A stretch of 64,000 bases of DNA, taken from Colwellia sp. (GTDB lineage Bacteria > Pseudomonadota > Gammaproteobacteria > Enterobacterales > Alteromonadaceae). Made by a program: the position numbers and the translations under genes. The notes below the pieces were generated by a model. It was not told the DNA's origin. It saw only the letters and a list, made by a program, of their open reading frames with translations, and did no database searches. The DNA lies in the NCBI GenBank assembly GCA_013215295.1, contig JABSOZ010000015.1, forward strand, positions 58,376 to 122,375, written 5' to 3'. Below, piece after piece: positions 48,560-58,266 of this stretch (within the stretch, counting starts at the first letter, position 1; every line of letters begins with the position of its first letter).

Positions 48560-48865
48560 GTGTCATATATATTTTCATCGTTAACTGGGCGTGATAAATT
48601 TTCACGTTTTCAACGAATCTGACCCCTTGATATTTGTAAATTGTCGAGAATTTTTACACATTTAAGTTCAACACCCAACCAACAAAAAAAATAACCAAAA
48701 TATCAATAACCTACGAAAATGGCTTAAATAATGCTTTATTTTCTTGAGTTGAATTACCATCAAAAAAATTCAAGGTTTAAGTTTTCTCATGAATTAATGA
48801 ATATTAATAAGATCAGGTCTGATCTGTGATATATGGATAAAAATCATTAAAAATAGGACATAAAA

Positions 48866-49603
48866 ATGAATTTATTATTAATTTTAAGACGTCGATTACA
48901 AATTAAAAAAATACTGATAATACTTAGCTTATTCATCATGTTAAGTTTTACCAACTCTGCTAATGCAACTATTATCACCATTGGTGACGGGTGGGATGGT
49001 CCAGGGCTAAACAGTGCTAATGTTAATTATTATTTTGGTAATTTGACCACAGACAATGGCCTTTTATCAGCTGATATTAAGGGGGCGTTTTTGACCGGAT
49101 TTAATGCTTGGTCTAACGCGACAAATAACAACTTAATATTCACTGAAATTTTTTCAGTTGGTCAAAATAACTCGATAGATATTTTCTTTGGGCCGAGTGA
49201 TCATGGTGACGGTTTCCCTTTCGGCGGTGGGACCTTAGCGCATGCTTTTTACCCAGCACCTCCTAACCCTGAGAGTATCGCGGGCGATTTACATATGAAT
49301 GATGTGTTTTCTTGGGAGATTGGCAACGGTTTAGGTATAGCGGCTTATGATATTACCCGAGTTGCGGTGCATGAAATTGGCCATTCAATTGGTTTAGGCC
49401 ATAGCGACAATGGCGGTAAAATCATGTCACCAACAATAGGCTCTCAAGATATTTTCGCAGGGCTAACTGCAGAAGATATTACCGGTGTTTGTTCGCTTTA
49501 CCGTTGTGATAGTGTCCAAGTACCTGAGCCATCTGTTTTAGGGTTGATTTTATTAGGTCTTTTCGGAACTTTGGTTTCTACTCGTCGTAAAGCGCGTAAG
49601 TAA
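48866..49603 (+). CDS. Matrixin (M10) family zinc metalloprotease with C-terminal PEP-CTERM sorting signal
   Basis: Signal peptide present. Metzincin motif VAVHEIGHSIGLGHS with Met-turn IMSP. The C-terminus VPEPSVLGLILLGLFGTLVSTRRKARK gives a PEP motif, a TM helix and a basic tail. Confidence 0.82.
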   Translation: MNLLLILRRRLQIKKILIILSLFIMLSFTNSANATIITIGDGWDGPGLNSANVNYYFGNLTTDNGLLSADIKGAFLTGFNAWSNATNNNLIFTEIFSVGQNNSIDIFFGPSDHGDGFPFGGGTLAHAFYPAPPNPESIAGDLHMNDVFSWEIGNGLGIAAYDITRVAVHEIGHSIGLGHSDNGGKIMSPTIGSQDIFAGLTAEDITGVCSLYRCDSVQVPEPSVLGLILLGLFGTLVSTRRKARK

Positions 49604-49649
49604 CAAGTTATTATGTAACCTTGATTAGCTTTTGTGCTATTAAAATGAT

Positions 49650-49690
49650 AAAAACGTACTGATTATAATTTTTAGTACGTTTTTATTTTT
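49650..49690 (+). terminator. Rho-independent terminator after the protease gene
   Basis: AAAAACGTACT-N13-AGTACGTTTTTATTTTTTT. Confidence 0.65.
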
Positions 49691-49734
49691 TTACTTGCTA
49701 AAAATATAACTTAATGCTGCTAGAAGGATTTATA

Positions 49735-50184
49735 ATGAAGCTCAATAAAATGATAATAGTGCTATTGTCGATTTTACTTACTCCTGCTATCGCTTTAGCC
49801 TCTTGGGTCAAATTAAGTCCTGAAGAGCTTGTTGGGCAATCAAAACTAGCGGTTATCGGCGAATTTATTGGCACGACTCGCATAGCTACTATAGACTCGG
49901 GTAAAAACCTTATCGTTGGCGTTATAAAGGTTGAGACCGTTTTAGCCGGCGCTATTCAAGATGACTTTTTATTAATTGCTATTCGCCGTGCAGGCGTCCC
50001 CTTAGTCAGTTCGACCATAGATTTTAAAAAAGGGCAAACGGGTTTATGGCTCTTGAAACAATATTCAGCTGACAATACTGCGCTATATTCCGCTAGTCAT
50101 CCTCAGCAATTTACCTCGTCCAGTGATACCGATACAATAAATCACTTAAAAAAAACATTGGCTCAACTAAAAAAATACAACTAA
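49735..50184 (+). CDS. Secreted hypothetical protein
   Basis: ATG at 49735 gives signal peptide MKLNKMIIVLLSILLTPAIALA. No recognisable motifs. Confidence 0.55.
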   Translation: MKLNKMIIVLLSILLTPAIALASWVKLSPEELVGQSKLAVIGEFIGTTRIATIDSGKNLIVGVIKVETVLAGAIQDDFLLIAIRRAGVPLVSSTIDFKKGQTGLWLLKQYSADNTALYSASHPQQFTSSSDTDTINHLKKTLAQLKKYN

Positions 50185-50792
50185 CAACTTCAGTGTAAAT
50201 TAAGGGGTCAGTACACTCGATTATAAATACTAAGGTTCTGTTATATTCTCAATGAATAGTGCCGACGGCCGACATCGAAATGTAGAAGGAAAATAAGTTA
50301 TTGATTCAATCAGTAGCTTAACTAGGTAAATTCTATACGAAAAAAACTTAACCTTGATGTTAATATTTCGTTTAATTCTTTTAAAATGAAAAGTGTTGAC
50401 TCGGTTTTGGCATCTTGCGTCTTTCAACCTGTTACATCCGTGTAGTAGTGCCGGAGCCGAACTGGCAACCTACTGATTACAAGTCACGAATGCAATAGTG
50501 TGTTTCAAAAAGGTAAGGCGCGTATTAGTAAATCTGCGGGAAATATAATCTGCACTCCAAAATTAATTATGTGGACATAATTGAAAATAAAACTGATTTC
50601 AATATCCAAATGTATTTTAATAAAGGCATGGATAAAATTGCTAATGATGCAAAAAATTCAACAAGTGTATGGGATATCAACAATAACCGAGACTATATAA
50701 TATCTTCAAAAAACTGTACTGAAAAGACAGCTTTGGAGTTTCTAGCATTTATACTCGATTATTAAGTTTTCATGATAATGACATTTTAAAAA

Positions 50793-50825
50793 ACGTCCGT
50801 AGTGACAATTCCGGACGTCCGTAGT
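50793..50825. repeat. Direct repeat ACGTCCGTAGT x2 (22-bp period) near the island end
   Basis: Copies at 50793-50803 and 50815-50825. The second copy is embedded in the 10-bp palindrome CGGACGTCCG. Confidence 0.9.
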
Positions 50826-50940
50826 AAATTGGAGTTTCTTTGAGGGGATTTCTTAAAGTTTACCGAATTAATTTTGAAATATGCTGTGAAGTAATGGCAG
50901 ATAAGTAGTAACTAACAGCTTGATATAAAGACAGAAAGCA

Positions 50941-50968
50941 AAAAGGCTACCATAAGGTAGCCTTTTTC
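50941..50968 (-). terminator. Terminator hairpin downstream of tRNA-Val
   Basis: AAAAGGCTACC-ATAA-GGTAGCCTTTTT flanked by A and T runs. It lies 8 nt beyond the tRNA 3' end. Confidence 0.7.
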
Positions 50969-50975
50969 TAAAATG

Positions 50976-51052
50976 TGGTGCTCGCTACGGGACTCGAACC
51001 TGTGACACCTTGCATGTCATGCAAGTACTCTAACCAACTGAGCTAAGCGAGC
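50976..51052 (-). tRNA. tRNA-Val (anticodon GAC)
   Basis: The minus strand folds as GCTCGCT-TA-GCTC-AGTTGGTTA-GAGT-A-CTTGC-ATGACAT-GCAAG-GTGTC-ACAGG-TTCGAGT-CCCGT-AGCGAGC-ACCA. That gives a 7-bp acceptor stem, U33, anticodon GAC and an encoded CCA. There is one A.C mismatch in the T stem. Confidence 0.85.
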
Positions 51053-51153
51053 GGTTGTTAGTAATATTAACTAACGAGCGCTATGTTAGCGATATGAAAT
51101 CTTAGTTGCAAGCTGTTTTGTTATTTTCAATTTAAATAGCGACTGTTTGCTTA

Positions 51154-52515
51154 TTAATGCACCAGTTCGATTCTTTTTTGAATGATATTCAATCGCCATG
51201 CTAATAAAACTGCTGCTGCGGTTAAGCCTAAAATAAAACCTATCCAGAAACCATATGGTCCAATTGGTTCAATTATCCAATCGGTTAAACCTAAAACTAG
51301 GCCGAAGCTTAAACCAATTATCCAATATGAGAAAAAGGTGATATATAAAATTGACTTAGTATCTTTATACCCCCGTAACGCACCAGCAGAAATAACTTGT
51401 ATTGCATCAGAAAACTGAAATAAAGAAGCCAAAAACATAAGACTCGCGGCTAATTCAACAACTTTCGTATCAATAGTATACATCTCTGCAATTTCATATC
51501 TAAAGATAAATGTAAATAGCGCCGTACCTACCGCTATCAATAATGACAATATCAGTGAGTAATGACATATTTCTTTTGCTTTAGTTAAGTCATCATTACC
51601 AATTGCAAATCCTACTTGAATGGTCACTGCCATTGCTAAACTTAATGGCACCATAAAGACTAAACCTGAAAAGTTAATCGCTATTTGATGACTTGCCACT
51701 ACTTCAGCACCAAAGGGCACTAGAATAATCGCGACAGCAGCAAATAAACTTACTTCAAAAAGTAATGACATTGAGATAGGGAAACCGATAGCAAGAATTT
51801 CTTTTATTCCTTGCCAATTAGGCCAGTAAAAACGTTCGAATAAGGGGGCATGTTTTAATTTTTTTGATACATAGCAATAAATGAACATTGAAATGAACAT
51901 AACCCAATAGACTATCGCCGTAGCAATACCACAACCTGCACCGCCGAGTGCTGGCATGCCAAATTCACCATAGATGAATATATAGTTTGCTGGAATATTA
52001 ATTAACAATCCAATGATGCTGATAATCATCGTCGGTTTGGTATGTGACAATCCTTCAGAGTAGTTTCTTAATACTAAATATAAGCAAAAACCGGGACCAC
52101 CCCAAACGATGTAACCTAAGTAATCGAATAATAATTGCTTTAGATGTGCATCTAAAGGAATTTTTTCAATGACTAAAGGGGTGATGATGTAATATAAAGC
52201 GATTAACAGAATACCCAACGTTAATGCTATCCATGCGGTTTGATATGTCGCTTTGGCAACATCATGGAGTTTTTTTGCTCCCGCAAGTTGCGATACTATC
52301 GCGGCAAGTGCCATTACTAAGCCATAAATAGTTAATATTAACGGTAGCCAAACGCTACTAGCAACTGCTACAGCTGCCATGTCAGTAGCACTTACTCGAC
52401 CAGCCATTACGGTGTCAGCAAAACCCATTAAGTTTTGAACAAGCTGGGCGATCAAAATAGGGTAAGCCAGTTTCATTAAACTTTTGGTGTTTTTTCTAAA
52501 ATTGCTAATATTCAT
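51154..52515 (-). CDS. norM: MATE family multidrug efflux transporter (NorM-like)
   Basis: LMKLAYPILIAQLVQNLMGFADTVMAGRVSATDMAAVAVASSVWLP closely parallels Vibrio NorM. 12 TM helices, 453 aa. Confidence 0.85.
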   Translation of the reverse strand: MNISNFRKNTKSLMKLAYPILIAQLVQNLMGFADTVMAGRVSATDMAAVAVASSVWLPLILTIYGLVMALAAIVSQLAGAKKLHDVAKATYQTAWIALTLGILLIALYYIITPLVIEKIPLDAHLKQLLFDYLGYIVWGGPGFCLYLVLRNYSEGLSHTKPTMIISIIGLLINIPANYIFIYGEFGMPALGGAGCGIATAIVYWVMFISMFIYCYVSKKLKHAPLFERFYWPNWQGIKEILAIGFPISMSLLFEVSLFAAVAIILVPFGAEVVASHQIAINFSGLVFMVPLSLAMAVTIQVGFAIGNDDLTKAKEICHYSLILSLLIAVGTALFTFIFRYEIAEMYTIDTKVVELAASLMFLASLFQFSDAIQVISAGALRGYKDTKSILYITFFSYWIIGLSFGLVLGLTDWIIEPIGPYGFWIGFILGLTAAAVLLAWRLNIIQKRIELVH

Positions 52516-52667
52516 TGGGGGAAAGGTACTTATAAAATCATCATTTTAAGAATAAAAATGATCAATATAAGAATGATATAGGTTTAAAGCAGTTGTGCAA
52601 TACTTTCTCTTGCGAATTCTTTGTTTATAACAAAGAAAAAAATATTAATGTATGCGAGTATTTAAAG

Positions 52668-52889
52668 CTAAAATACTTGTTCGTCATCACTATCAATCGC
52701 GAGTTGAATTTTTTGATGATATTCGTCAATGTGCATATTAAGGTGAATATCATTACAACAAGAAGGACATTCCTCGTAGTAGTCTTGATCGCCACCGGAA
52801 GTATCTAAGCTCAAATGTAAATGATGACCACAATGAGGGCAACTGATACGCATGTTTTTGATTTTCTGCAAAGTTGATTCTTGAGACAT
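52668..52889 (-). CDS. CPXCG-motif cysteine-rich (zinc-ribbon) protein
   Basis: CPHCG ... CPSCC pairs and an acidic C-terminus. 73 aa. Confidence 0.75.
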   Translation of the reverse strand: MSQESTLQKIKNMRISCPHCGHHLHLSLDTSGGDQDYYEECPSCCNDIHLNMHIDEYHQKIQLAIDSDDEQVF

Positions 52890-53018
52890 ATAATCTCCTA
52901 GATACTTTGATTAACGAATAATTAAAGTATGTTCATTTTTGTGCAAAGCGCTAACTAAATTATCGATAAAACGGTAAAAAATAGTTAACTTACTGTGGCC
53001 AATCATTATTTTTTTCCA

Positions 53019-53885
53019 TTAATGTAAAGACATAATACGCGATAATAATGCTCTTGATTGATCAATGTAAATCCCACCAAATAAGTTAGCGTGATTAAGA
53101 ATATGATAAAAGTTATAAATTAGTTTACGTTGTTCGTAACCTTCATCAAGCGGAAAAACCTCTTGGTAACCTTGGTAAAAATCATAAGGTAATTGACCGA
53201 AGAGTTCAGTCATGGCTATATCTACTTCACGATCACCATAATAGCAGGCGGGGTCATATATCACTGATGATGAATCAGTAAACCCCAAGTTTCCTAACCA
53301 TAAATCACCATGAACAAGAGACGGTTTTACTTCGTGGTGGTTTAAAGCATCGTGACAAATATCGGTAATATGATCTATGTTGCCTAGTTTTATAGATTTT
53401 TCACTGAGTAATTGTAGTTGCCAAGCGACACGTTGTTCAGCAAAGAATGTTTTCCAATTGCTTCGCCAATTATTAGGCTGTAGCGTATCACCAATATAAT
53501 TATCGTGTTGCCAGCCAAATTGTCCATGAGATGAGTTTTTATGCATCATCGCCAATTGAGCACCAAGATGGTGCCAATTTTCGTTGGTAGCTTGCGAAAA
53601 GGGGATGTAACTTAACACAATGAAACTTTTATCTAAGGTGGTACCTGTTGCGATAACTTCTGGACAGGTTACTTGTTTTAGTGAACGAATTTGCTCAAGG
53701 GCGTAAGCTTCTGATTCAAAATGATTGAAGTGGTTTTTATCTTTAACTTTAACAAAGTAATTATGCCGATAATCGCTTACTTGATAAGCTAAATTTGTTT
53801 CACTCGCTGCAATAACTCGCTTTTTCTCAATAACGAATCTGTTACCCGTTTCGGCTTTTATTGCTTGTTCAATACATTGCCACAT
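53019..53885 (-). CDS. Fructosamine/ketosamine kinase family protein
   Basis: Start set to M30 (MWQCIEQAIKAETG...), which removes the overlap with fdxA. LVHGDLWLGN and DPACYYGDREVD are the kinase catalytic motifs of this family. Confidence 0.82.
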   Translation of the reverse strand: MWQCIEQAIKAETGNRFVIEKKRVIAASETNLAYQVSDYRHNYFVKVKDKNHFNHFESEAYALEQIRSLKQVTCPEVIATGTTLDKSFIVLSYIPFSQATNENWHHLGAQLAMMHKNSSHGQFGWQHDNYIGDTLQPNNWRSNWKTFFAEQRVAWQLQLLSEKSIKLGNIDHITDICHDALNHHEVKPSLVHGDLWLGNLGFTDSSSVIYDPACYYGDREVDIAMTELFGQLPYDFYQGYQEVFPLDEGYEQRKLIYNFYHILNHANLFGGIYIDQSRALLSRIMSLH

Positions 53886-53958
53886 AACGCACCAATCACT
53901 TATTGACTCTATTCTACGAGTATAGTTAATAATTGAAAAAAGTGTTTGTTTTAAGGGG

Positions 53959-54291
53959 CTAGCTATTATCAATAATTAAGTGAGATATTTTATTAGGTAT
54001 GCCGTCCCATTCTTTTGCATCATCTGGTGCCGCTTTTACTTCCGTTATTCTTGGCCATACTTTTGCTAATTCAGCATTAAGTTCAATAAACTCTTTCTGA
54101 TCCTCAGGCACTTCATCTTCTTGAAAAATAGCACCGGCAGGGCACTCAACAGGGCATAAATCGCAATCTATACAGTCATCAGGGCTGATCACTAAAAAAT
54201 TAGGGCCTTCATAAAAGGCATCAACAGGACATACAGCTACACAATCAGTGTATTTGCATTTTATACAATTGTCGGTGACTACAAACGCCAT
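53959..54291 (-). CDS. fdxA: 7Fe ferredoxin (3Fe-4S + 4Fe-4S), Azotobacter FdxA type
   Basis: [56 protein letters not shown]. Confidence 0.9.
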   Translation of the reverse strand: MAFVVTDNCIKCKYTDCVAVCPVDAFYEGPNFLVISPDDCIDCDLCPVECPAGAIFQEDEVPEDQKEFIELNAELAKVWPRITEVKAAPDDAKEWDGIPNKISHLIIDNS

Positions 54292-54443
54292 TAGGTACTC
54301 AACTTTTTAAATTTTGATGATGTGGAATATTTTGTGTGGATCATACCTAGCTCAGTAATAATTTCAATTGTTGATTTAACTGAGAGGTATGTTCAGGTAA
54401 AATGCCCAAAATTTCATTTCTCCCTTTTCGGAACCGCCATAAT

Positions 54444-56078
54444 ATGTTGCGTTTAACAAATATCCAACTACCGCTTGATCATGAAGAAGGCCATATTAAA
54501 AAGGCTATTCTTGAAAAACTATCAATTCCTGAAGAAAAACTCATTGATTTTACGGTACATAAGCGCGGATATGACGCACGTAAAAAAGCAAAAATAACAT
54601 TAATTTACACCCTTGATGTGAATACGAGCATAAACGAAGAATTGCTTGAAAAATTTGCTAAAAATGACCAAATAAAAGTTAGCCCTGATATGCGTTATAA
54701 CTTTGTTGCCCAAGCACCAGAGATATTAACGCAACGTCCTGTTGTTATTGGCTTTGGCCCATGTGGTTTATTTATTGGTTTAGTACTCGCCCAAATGGGA
54801 TTCAAGCCCATTATTTTAGAACGTGGTCAAGAAGTGCGTCAACGAACTAAAGATACTTTTGGCTTTTGGCGGAAAAAAATACTTAATACTGAATCAAATG
54901 TACAATTTGGTGAAGGTGGCGCAGGTACATTTTCTGACGGTAAACTCTATAGCCAAGTTAAAGATAAAAAACATTACAGTCGTAAAGTGTTACATGAGTT
55001 TGTTGACGCGGGTGCACCTGAAGAAATTTTATTTGTCAGTAAGCCTCATATTGGTACCTTTAAGCTTGTGACCATGATAGAGAAGATGCGCGCTAAAATT
55101 ATAGAACTTGGCGGTGAAGTTCGTTTTGGGCAACGTGTCGATGAGTTTCATTTTGATGAACAAGATGCGGATGGAAATAAACGTATTAACGGTTTAACAC
55201 TATCAAGTGGCGAACGTATCGACACAAATTATGTTGCCTTGGCGATTGGTCATAGTGCCCGTGATACCTTTGAAATGCTCATTAAGAATAAAGTGTCTGT
55301 AAAAGCCAAGCCTTTTTCAATTGGGTTTCGTATAGAACACGAGCAATCAGTTATAGATGATGCTCGTTTTGGTGGAAATGCTGGAAATCCGATATTAGGT
55401 TCGGCAGATTATAAACTTGTTCATCATTGTAAAAATGGTCGCAGTGTATATAGTTTTTGTATGTGTCCTGGTGGAACGGTAGTTGCTGCAGCGTCAGAAG
55501 AAGGGCGCTTAGTGACAAATGGCATGAGCCAGTACTCACGTCATGAACGTAATGCAAATAGCGCGATTGTTGTTGGTATTGAACCTGTCGATTTTGCCAA
55601 TAAGGATGATGCCTCAGATGTATTGTCAGGTATTGAGTTTCAACGTCGTTTAGAAGAGACAGCTTTTAAATTAGGCGGTGAGAATTACGATGCTCCTGTT
55701 CAGTTAGTTGGCGATTTTCTTGCTGGCCGTAAAAATGGTGAACACGGCGAAGTTAGCCCTTCATATAAGCCGGGTGTAAAATATTGTGACTTAAGTGAAA
55801 CTTTGCCAGATTATGCTATAGCAGCGATTCGAGAAGCATTACCTGCATTTGAACGTAAAATTAAAGGTTTCTCCATGAATGACGCAATATTAACGGCTGT
55901 TGAAACTCGTACTTCTTCACCCATTCAAATAACGCGTGATAGAGAAACAATGCAAAGTCTTAATGTAGAAGGGCTTTTTCCTGCAGGCGAAGGTGCTGGA
56001 TATGCTGGCGGTATATTATCAGCGGGTATTGACGGTATTAAAGTAGCTGAAGCTATGGCACTTGCAATGATGGCTTAA
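54444..56078 (+). CDS. FAD-dependent oxidoreductase of the COG2509 family
   Basis: Start at MLRLTNIQLPLDHEE. Dinucleotide-binding motif VVIGFGPCGLFIGLVLAQMGFKPIILERG. C-terminal FPAGEGAGYAGGI. Confidence 0.8.
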   Translation: MLRLTNIQLPLDHEEGHIKKAILEKLSIPEEKLIDFTVHKRGYDARKKAKITLIYTLDVNTSINEELLEKFAKNDQIKVSPDMRYNFVAQAPEILTQRPVVIGFGPCGLFIGLVLAQMGFKPIILERGQEVRQRTKDTFGFWRKKILNTESNVQFGEGGAGTFSDGKLYSQVKDKKHYSRKVLHEFVDAGAPEEILFVSKPHIGTFKLVTMIEKMRAKIIELGGEVRFGQRVDEFHFDEQDADGNKRINGLTLSSGERIDTNYVALAIGHSARDTFEMLIKNKVSVKAKPFSIGFRIEHEQSVIDDARFGGNAGNPILGSADYKLVHHCKNGRSVYSFCMCPGGTVVAAASEEGRLVTNGMSQYSRHERNANSAIVVGIEPVDFANKDDASDVLSGIEFQRRLEETAFKLGGENYDAPVQLVGDFLAGRKNGEHGEVSPSYKPGVKYCDLSETLPDYAIAAIREALPAFERKIKGFSMNDAILTAVETRTSSPIQITRDRETMQSLNVEGLFPAGEGAGYAGGILSAGIDGIKVAEAMALAMMA

Positions 56079-56117
56079 AAATAACGGGAATTAAAAGATA
56101 AAGTCGTGCTACATGTT

Positions 56118-56147
56118 GCAAATACAGGGGAATTCCCCTATATTTGC
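56118..56147 (+). other. Strong hairpin between the upstream gene and the thrS leader
   Basis: GCAAATA-C-AGGGG-AATT-CCCCT-A-TATTTGC (12 bp of 13 paired). There is no T-run after it, so terminator function is uncertain. Confidence 0.5.
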
Positions 56148-56200
56148 GACCTAAAATATTTCCCAAAAGAAATAGTTTCAATCATTGAAAATAAAGTCAA

Positions 56201-56221
56201 GCGACGCTTCGTGTGCGCCGC
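56201..56221 (+). promoter_or_regulatory. thrS translational operator candidate: anticodon-arm mimic of tRNA-Thr
   Basis: Stem GCG(A)CGC / GCG(C)CGC with 7-nt loop UUCGUGU, which presents CGU preceded by U. It ends about 21 nt upstream of the ATG, next to the AAGGA Shine-Dalgarno sequence. Confidence 0.55.
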
Positions 56222-56242
56222 CACTGAAATAAAGGAAAATTA

Positions 56243-58153
56243 ATGCCTGTTATCACTCTCCCTGACGGTTCACAACGCTCATTCGATAATGCCGTATCTG
56301 TAATGGATGTTGCATTAGATATTGGCCCTGGTCTTGCTAAAGCAACCATTGCTGGCCGTATCGACGGAAACCTTGTTGATGCTTGTGAATTAATTACCCA
56401 AGATGCCTCTTTGCAACTTATCACCAATAAAGACAGCGAAGGTCTTGAGATAATACGTCATTCTTGTGCGCATTTATTAGGGCATGCTATAAAGCAGTTA
56501 TACCCAGATGTGAAAATGGCAATTGGTCCAACGATTGAAAATGGTTTTTATTACGATATTGACCTTGAAGAATCAATTACTGAAGACGATTTAACAAAAA
56601 TTGAAAAACGTATGACAGAACTTGCTCGTACGGGATATGAAGTTGTTAAGAAAACAGGCACGTGGCAAGACGCTTACGATGCGTTTACTGAACGTGGTGA
56701 AACATACAAACTACAAATTCTTGATGAAAACATCGAGAAAACTGATACACCTGCTTTATATCATCATCAAGAATACATTGATATGTGTCGTGGACCACAC
56801 GTACCTAGCATGCGTCATTGTCATCAGTTCAAATTAATGAAAGTGGCCGGTGCATACTGGCGCGGTAATTCAGACAACAAAATGTTGCAACGTATTTACG
56901 GCACAGCATGGGCTGACAAAAAGCAATTAAAAGCATATATCGTTCGTTTAGCTGAAGCTGAAAAGCGTGATCACCGTAAAATTGGTAAAACATTAGATTT
57001 ATTCCATTGGCAAGAAGAAGCGCCGGGCATGGTGTTTTGGCATAACGATGGTTGGACGATTTACACTGAGTTAGAAAAATTTATTCGTGAAAAATTACAC
57101 GAATATGATTACGACGAAGTTAAAGCACCCATGATGATGGACAGAAGTCTATGGGAAAAATCAGGTCACTGGGAAAAATATGCCGACGGTATGTTTACTA
57201 CCGAATCTGAAAAGCGTGAATACGCGATAAAACCAATGAATTGCCCAGGCCATGTACAAATATTTAATCAAGGTTTAAAATCGTACCGCGATTTACCTTT
57301 ACGTATTGCTGAATTTGGCTGTTGTCACCGTAATGAACCCTCGGGTTCTTTGCATGGTTTAATGCGCGTACGTGCTTTTACTCAAGATGACGCTCATATT
57401 TTTTGTATGGAGTCTCAAGTTCAAGACGAAGTGAAAAAATGTATCGAAATGGTCTATGACGTATACAGTTCATTTGGTTTTGAAGATGTTGTCGTGAAAT
57501 TGTCTACTCGTCCAGAAAATCGCATAGGTTCAGATGAAATTTGGGATAAAGCAGAAGCCGGTTTAGCGCAAGCATTAAACGACAGCAACATCAAATTTGA
57601 ATATTTACCGGGTGAAGGCGCATTTTATGGTCCTAAAATTGAATTTACTTTAATGGATTGTTTAGGTCGTGCTTGGCAATGTGGTACAGTGCAACTCGAT
57701 TTTGCTTTACCAGAGCGTTTAGGCGCAACTTATGTTGGTGAAGACAACGAAAGATACATTCCAGTAATGATTCATCGAGCTATTTTAGGTTCACTTGAAC
57801 GTTTTATCGGAATTTTGATTGAAGAGTTCACGGGGAAATTTCCAACGTGGTTATCTCCAATTCATGCAACTGTGATGAATATTACCGGTAAACAAGACGA
57901 ATATTGTGAAAAAGTTGTAAAAAAACTAAAAGAAAGTGGATTTAGAGTAAAACTAGACTTGAGAAATGAGAAGATAGGCTTTAAAATCCGCGAGCACACT
58001 TTAAAGCGTGTTCCATATTTGTTAGTTGTTGGTGACAAAGAAATGGAAGCTGGCGAAATTGCCATTAGAACGCGAAGTGGTGAAGATTTAGGCAAAATGT
58101 CTGTTGATGACTTTATTTCGAAGTTAAGTGAAGAAGTTAACTCTCGTAGTTAG
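56243..58153 (+). CDS. thrS: Threonine--tRNA ligase
   Basis: TGS domain start [10 protein letters not shown] and editing-domain HSCAHLL. Class II motifs are FRHEPSG-like [28 protein letters not shown] and GTVQLDF. Confidence 0.95.
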   Translation: MPVITLPDGSQRSFDNAVSVMDVALDIGPGLAKATIAGRIDGNLVDACELITQDASLQLITNKDSEGLEIIRHSCAHLLGHAIKQLYPDVKMAIGPTIENGFYYDIDLEESITEDDLTKIEKRMTELARTGYEVVKKTGTWQDAYDAFTERGETYKLQILDENIEKTDTPALYHHQEYIDMCRGPHVPSMRHCHQFKLMKVAGAYWRGNSDNKMLQRIYGTAWADKKQLKAYIVRLAEAEKRDHRKIGKTLDLFHWQEEAPGMVFWHNDGWTIYTELEKFIREKLHEYDYDEVKAPMMMDRSLWEKSGHWEKYADGMFTTESEKREYAIKPMNCPGHVQIFNQGLKSYRDLPLRIAEFGCCHRNEPSGSLHGLMRVRAFTQDDAHIFCMESQVQDEVKKCIEMVYDVYSSFGFEDVVVKLSTRPENRIGSDEIWDKAEAGLAQALNDSNIKFEYLPGEGAFYGPKIEFTLMDCLGRAWQCGTVQLDFALPERLGATYVGEDNERYIPVMIHRAILGSLERFIGILIEEFTGKFPTWLSPIHATVMNITGKQDEYCEKVVKKLKESGFRVKLDLRNEKIGFKIREHTLKRVPYLLVVGDKEMEAGEIAIRTRSGEDLGKMSVDDFISKLSEEVNSRS

Positions 58154-58266
58154 CGTTAAAATTACTTATAATAACGTTTATAACAAATATAAAAATTTTA
58201 TTAATCTGAGTAGTTGTTAAGTTAAAAATAACATCAGTTACTTGGAACAAAGTTCTTTGGAGGAAC

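Larger units (their letters stand above)
46477..51023. mobile_element. Decayed integrative genomic island in tRNA-Val(GAC), about 4.5 kb
   Basis: It is bounded by the 41-bp direct repeat. It contains an integrase N-terminal stub, broken SF2-helicase fragments, small HTH-like ORFs and cargo genes (matrixin protease and a secreted protein). Confidence 0.75.

Noticed and set aside
50230-50765. ORFs 50230..50427 (-) and 50571..50765 (+) near the island end.
   Set aside because: They are short, lack an SD (one has a GTG start), have AT-biased composition and show no motifs. The region is better interpreted as a non-coding attP-arm remnant. They are kept only as a possibility.
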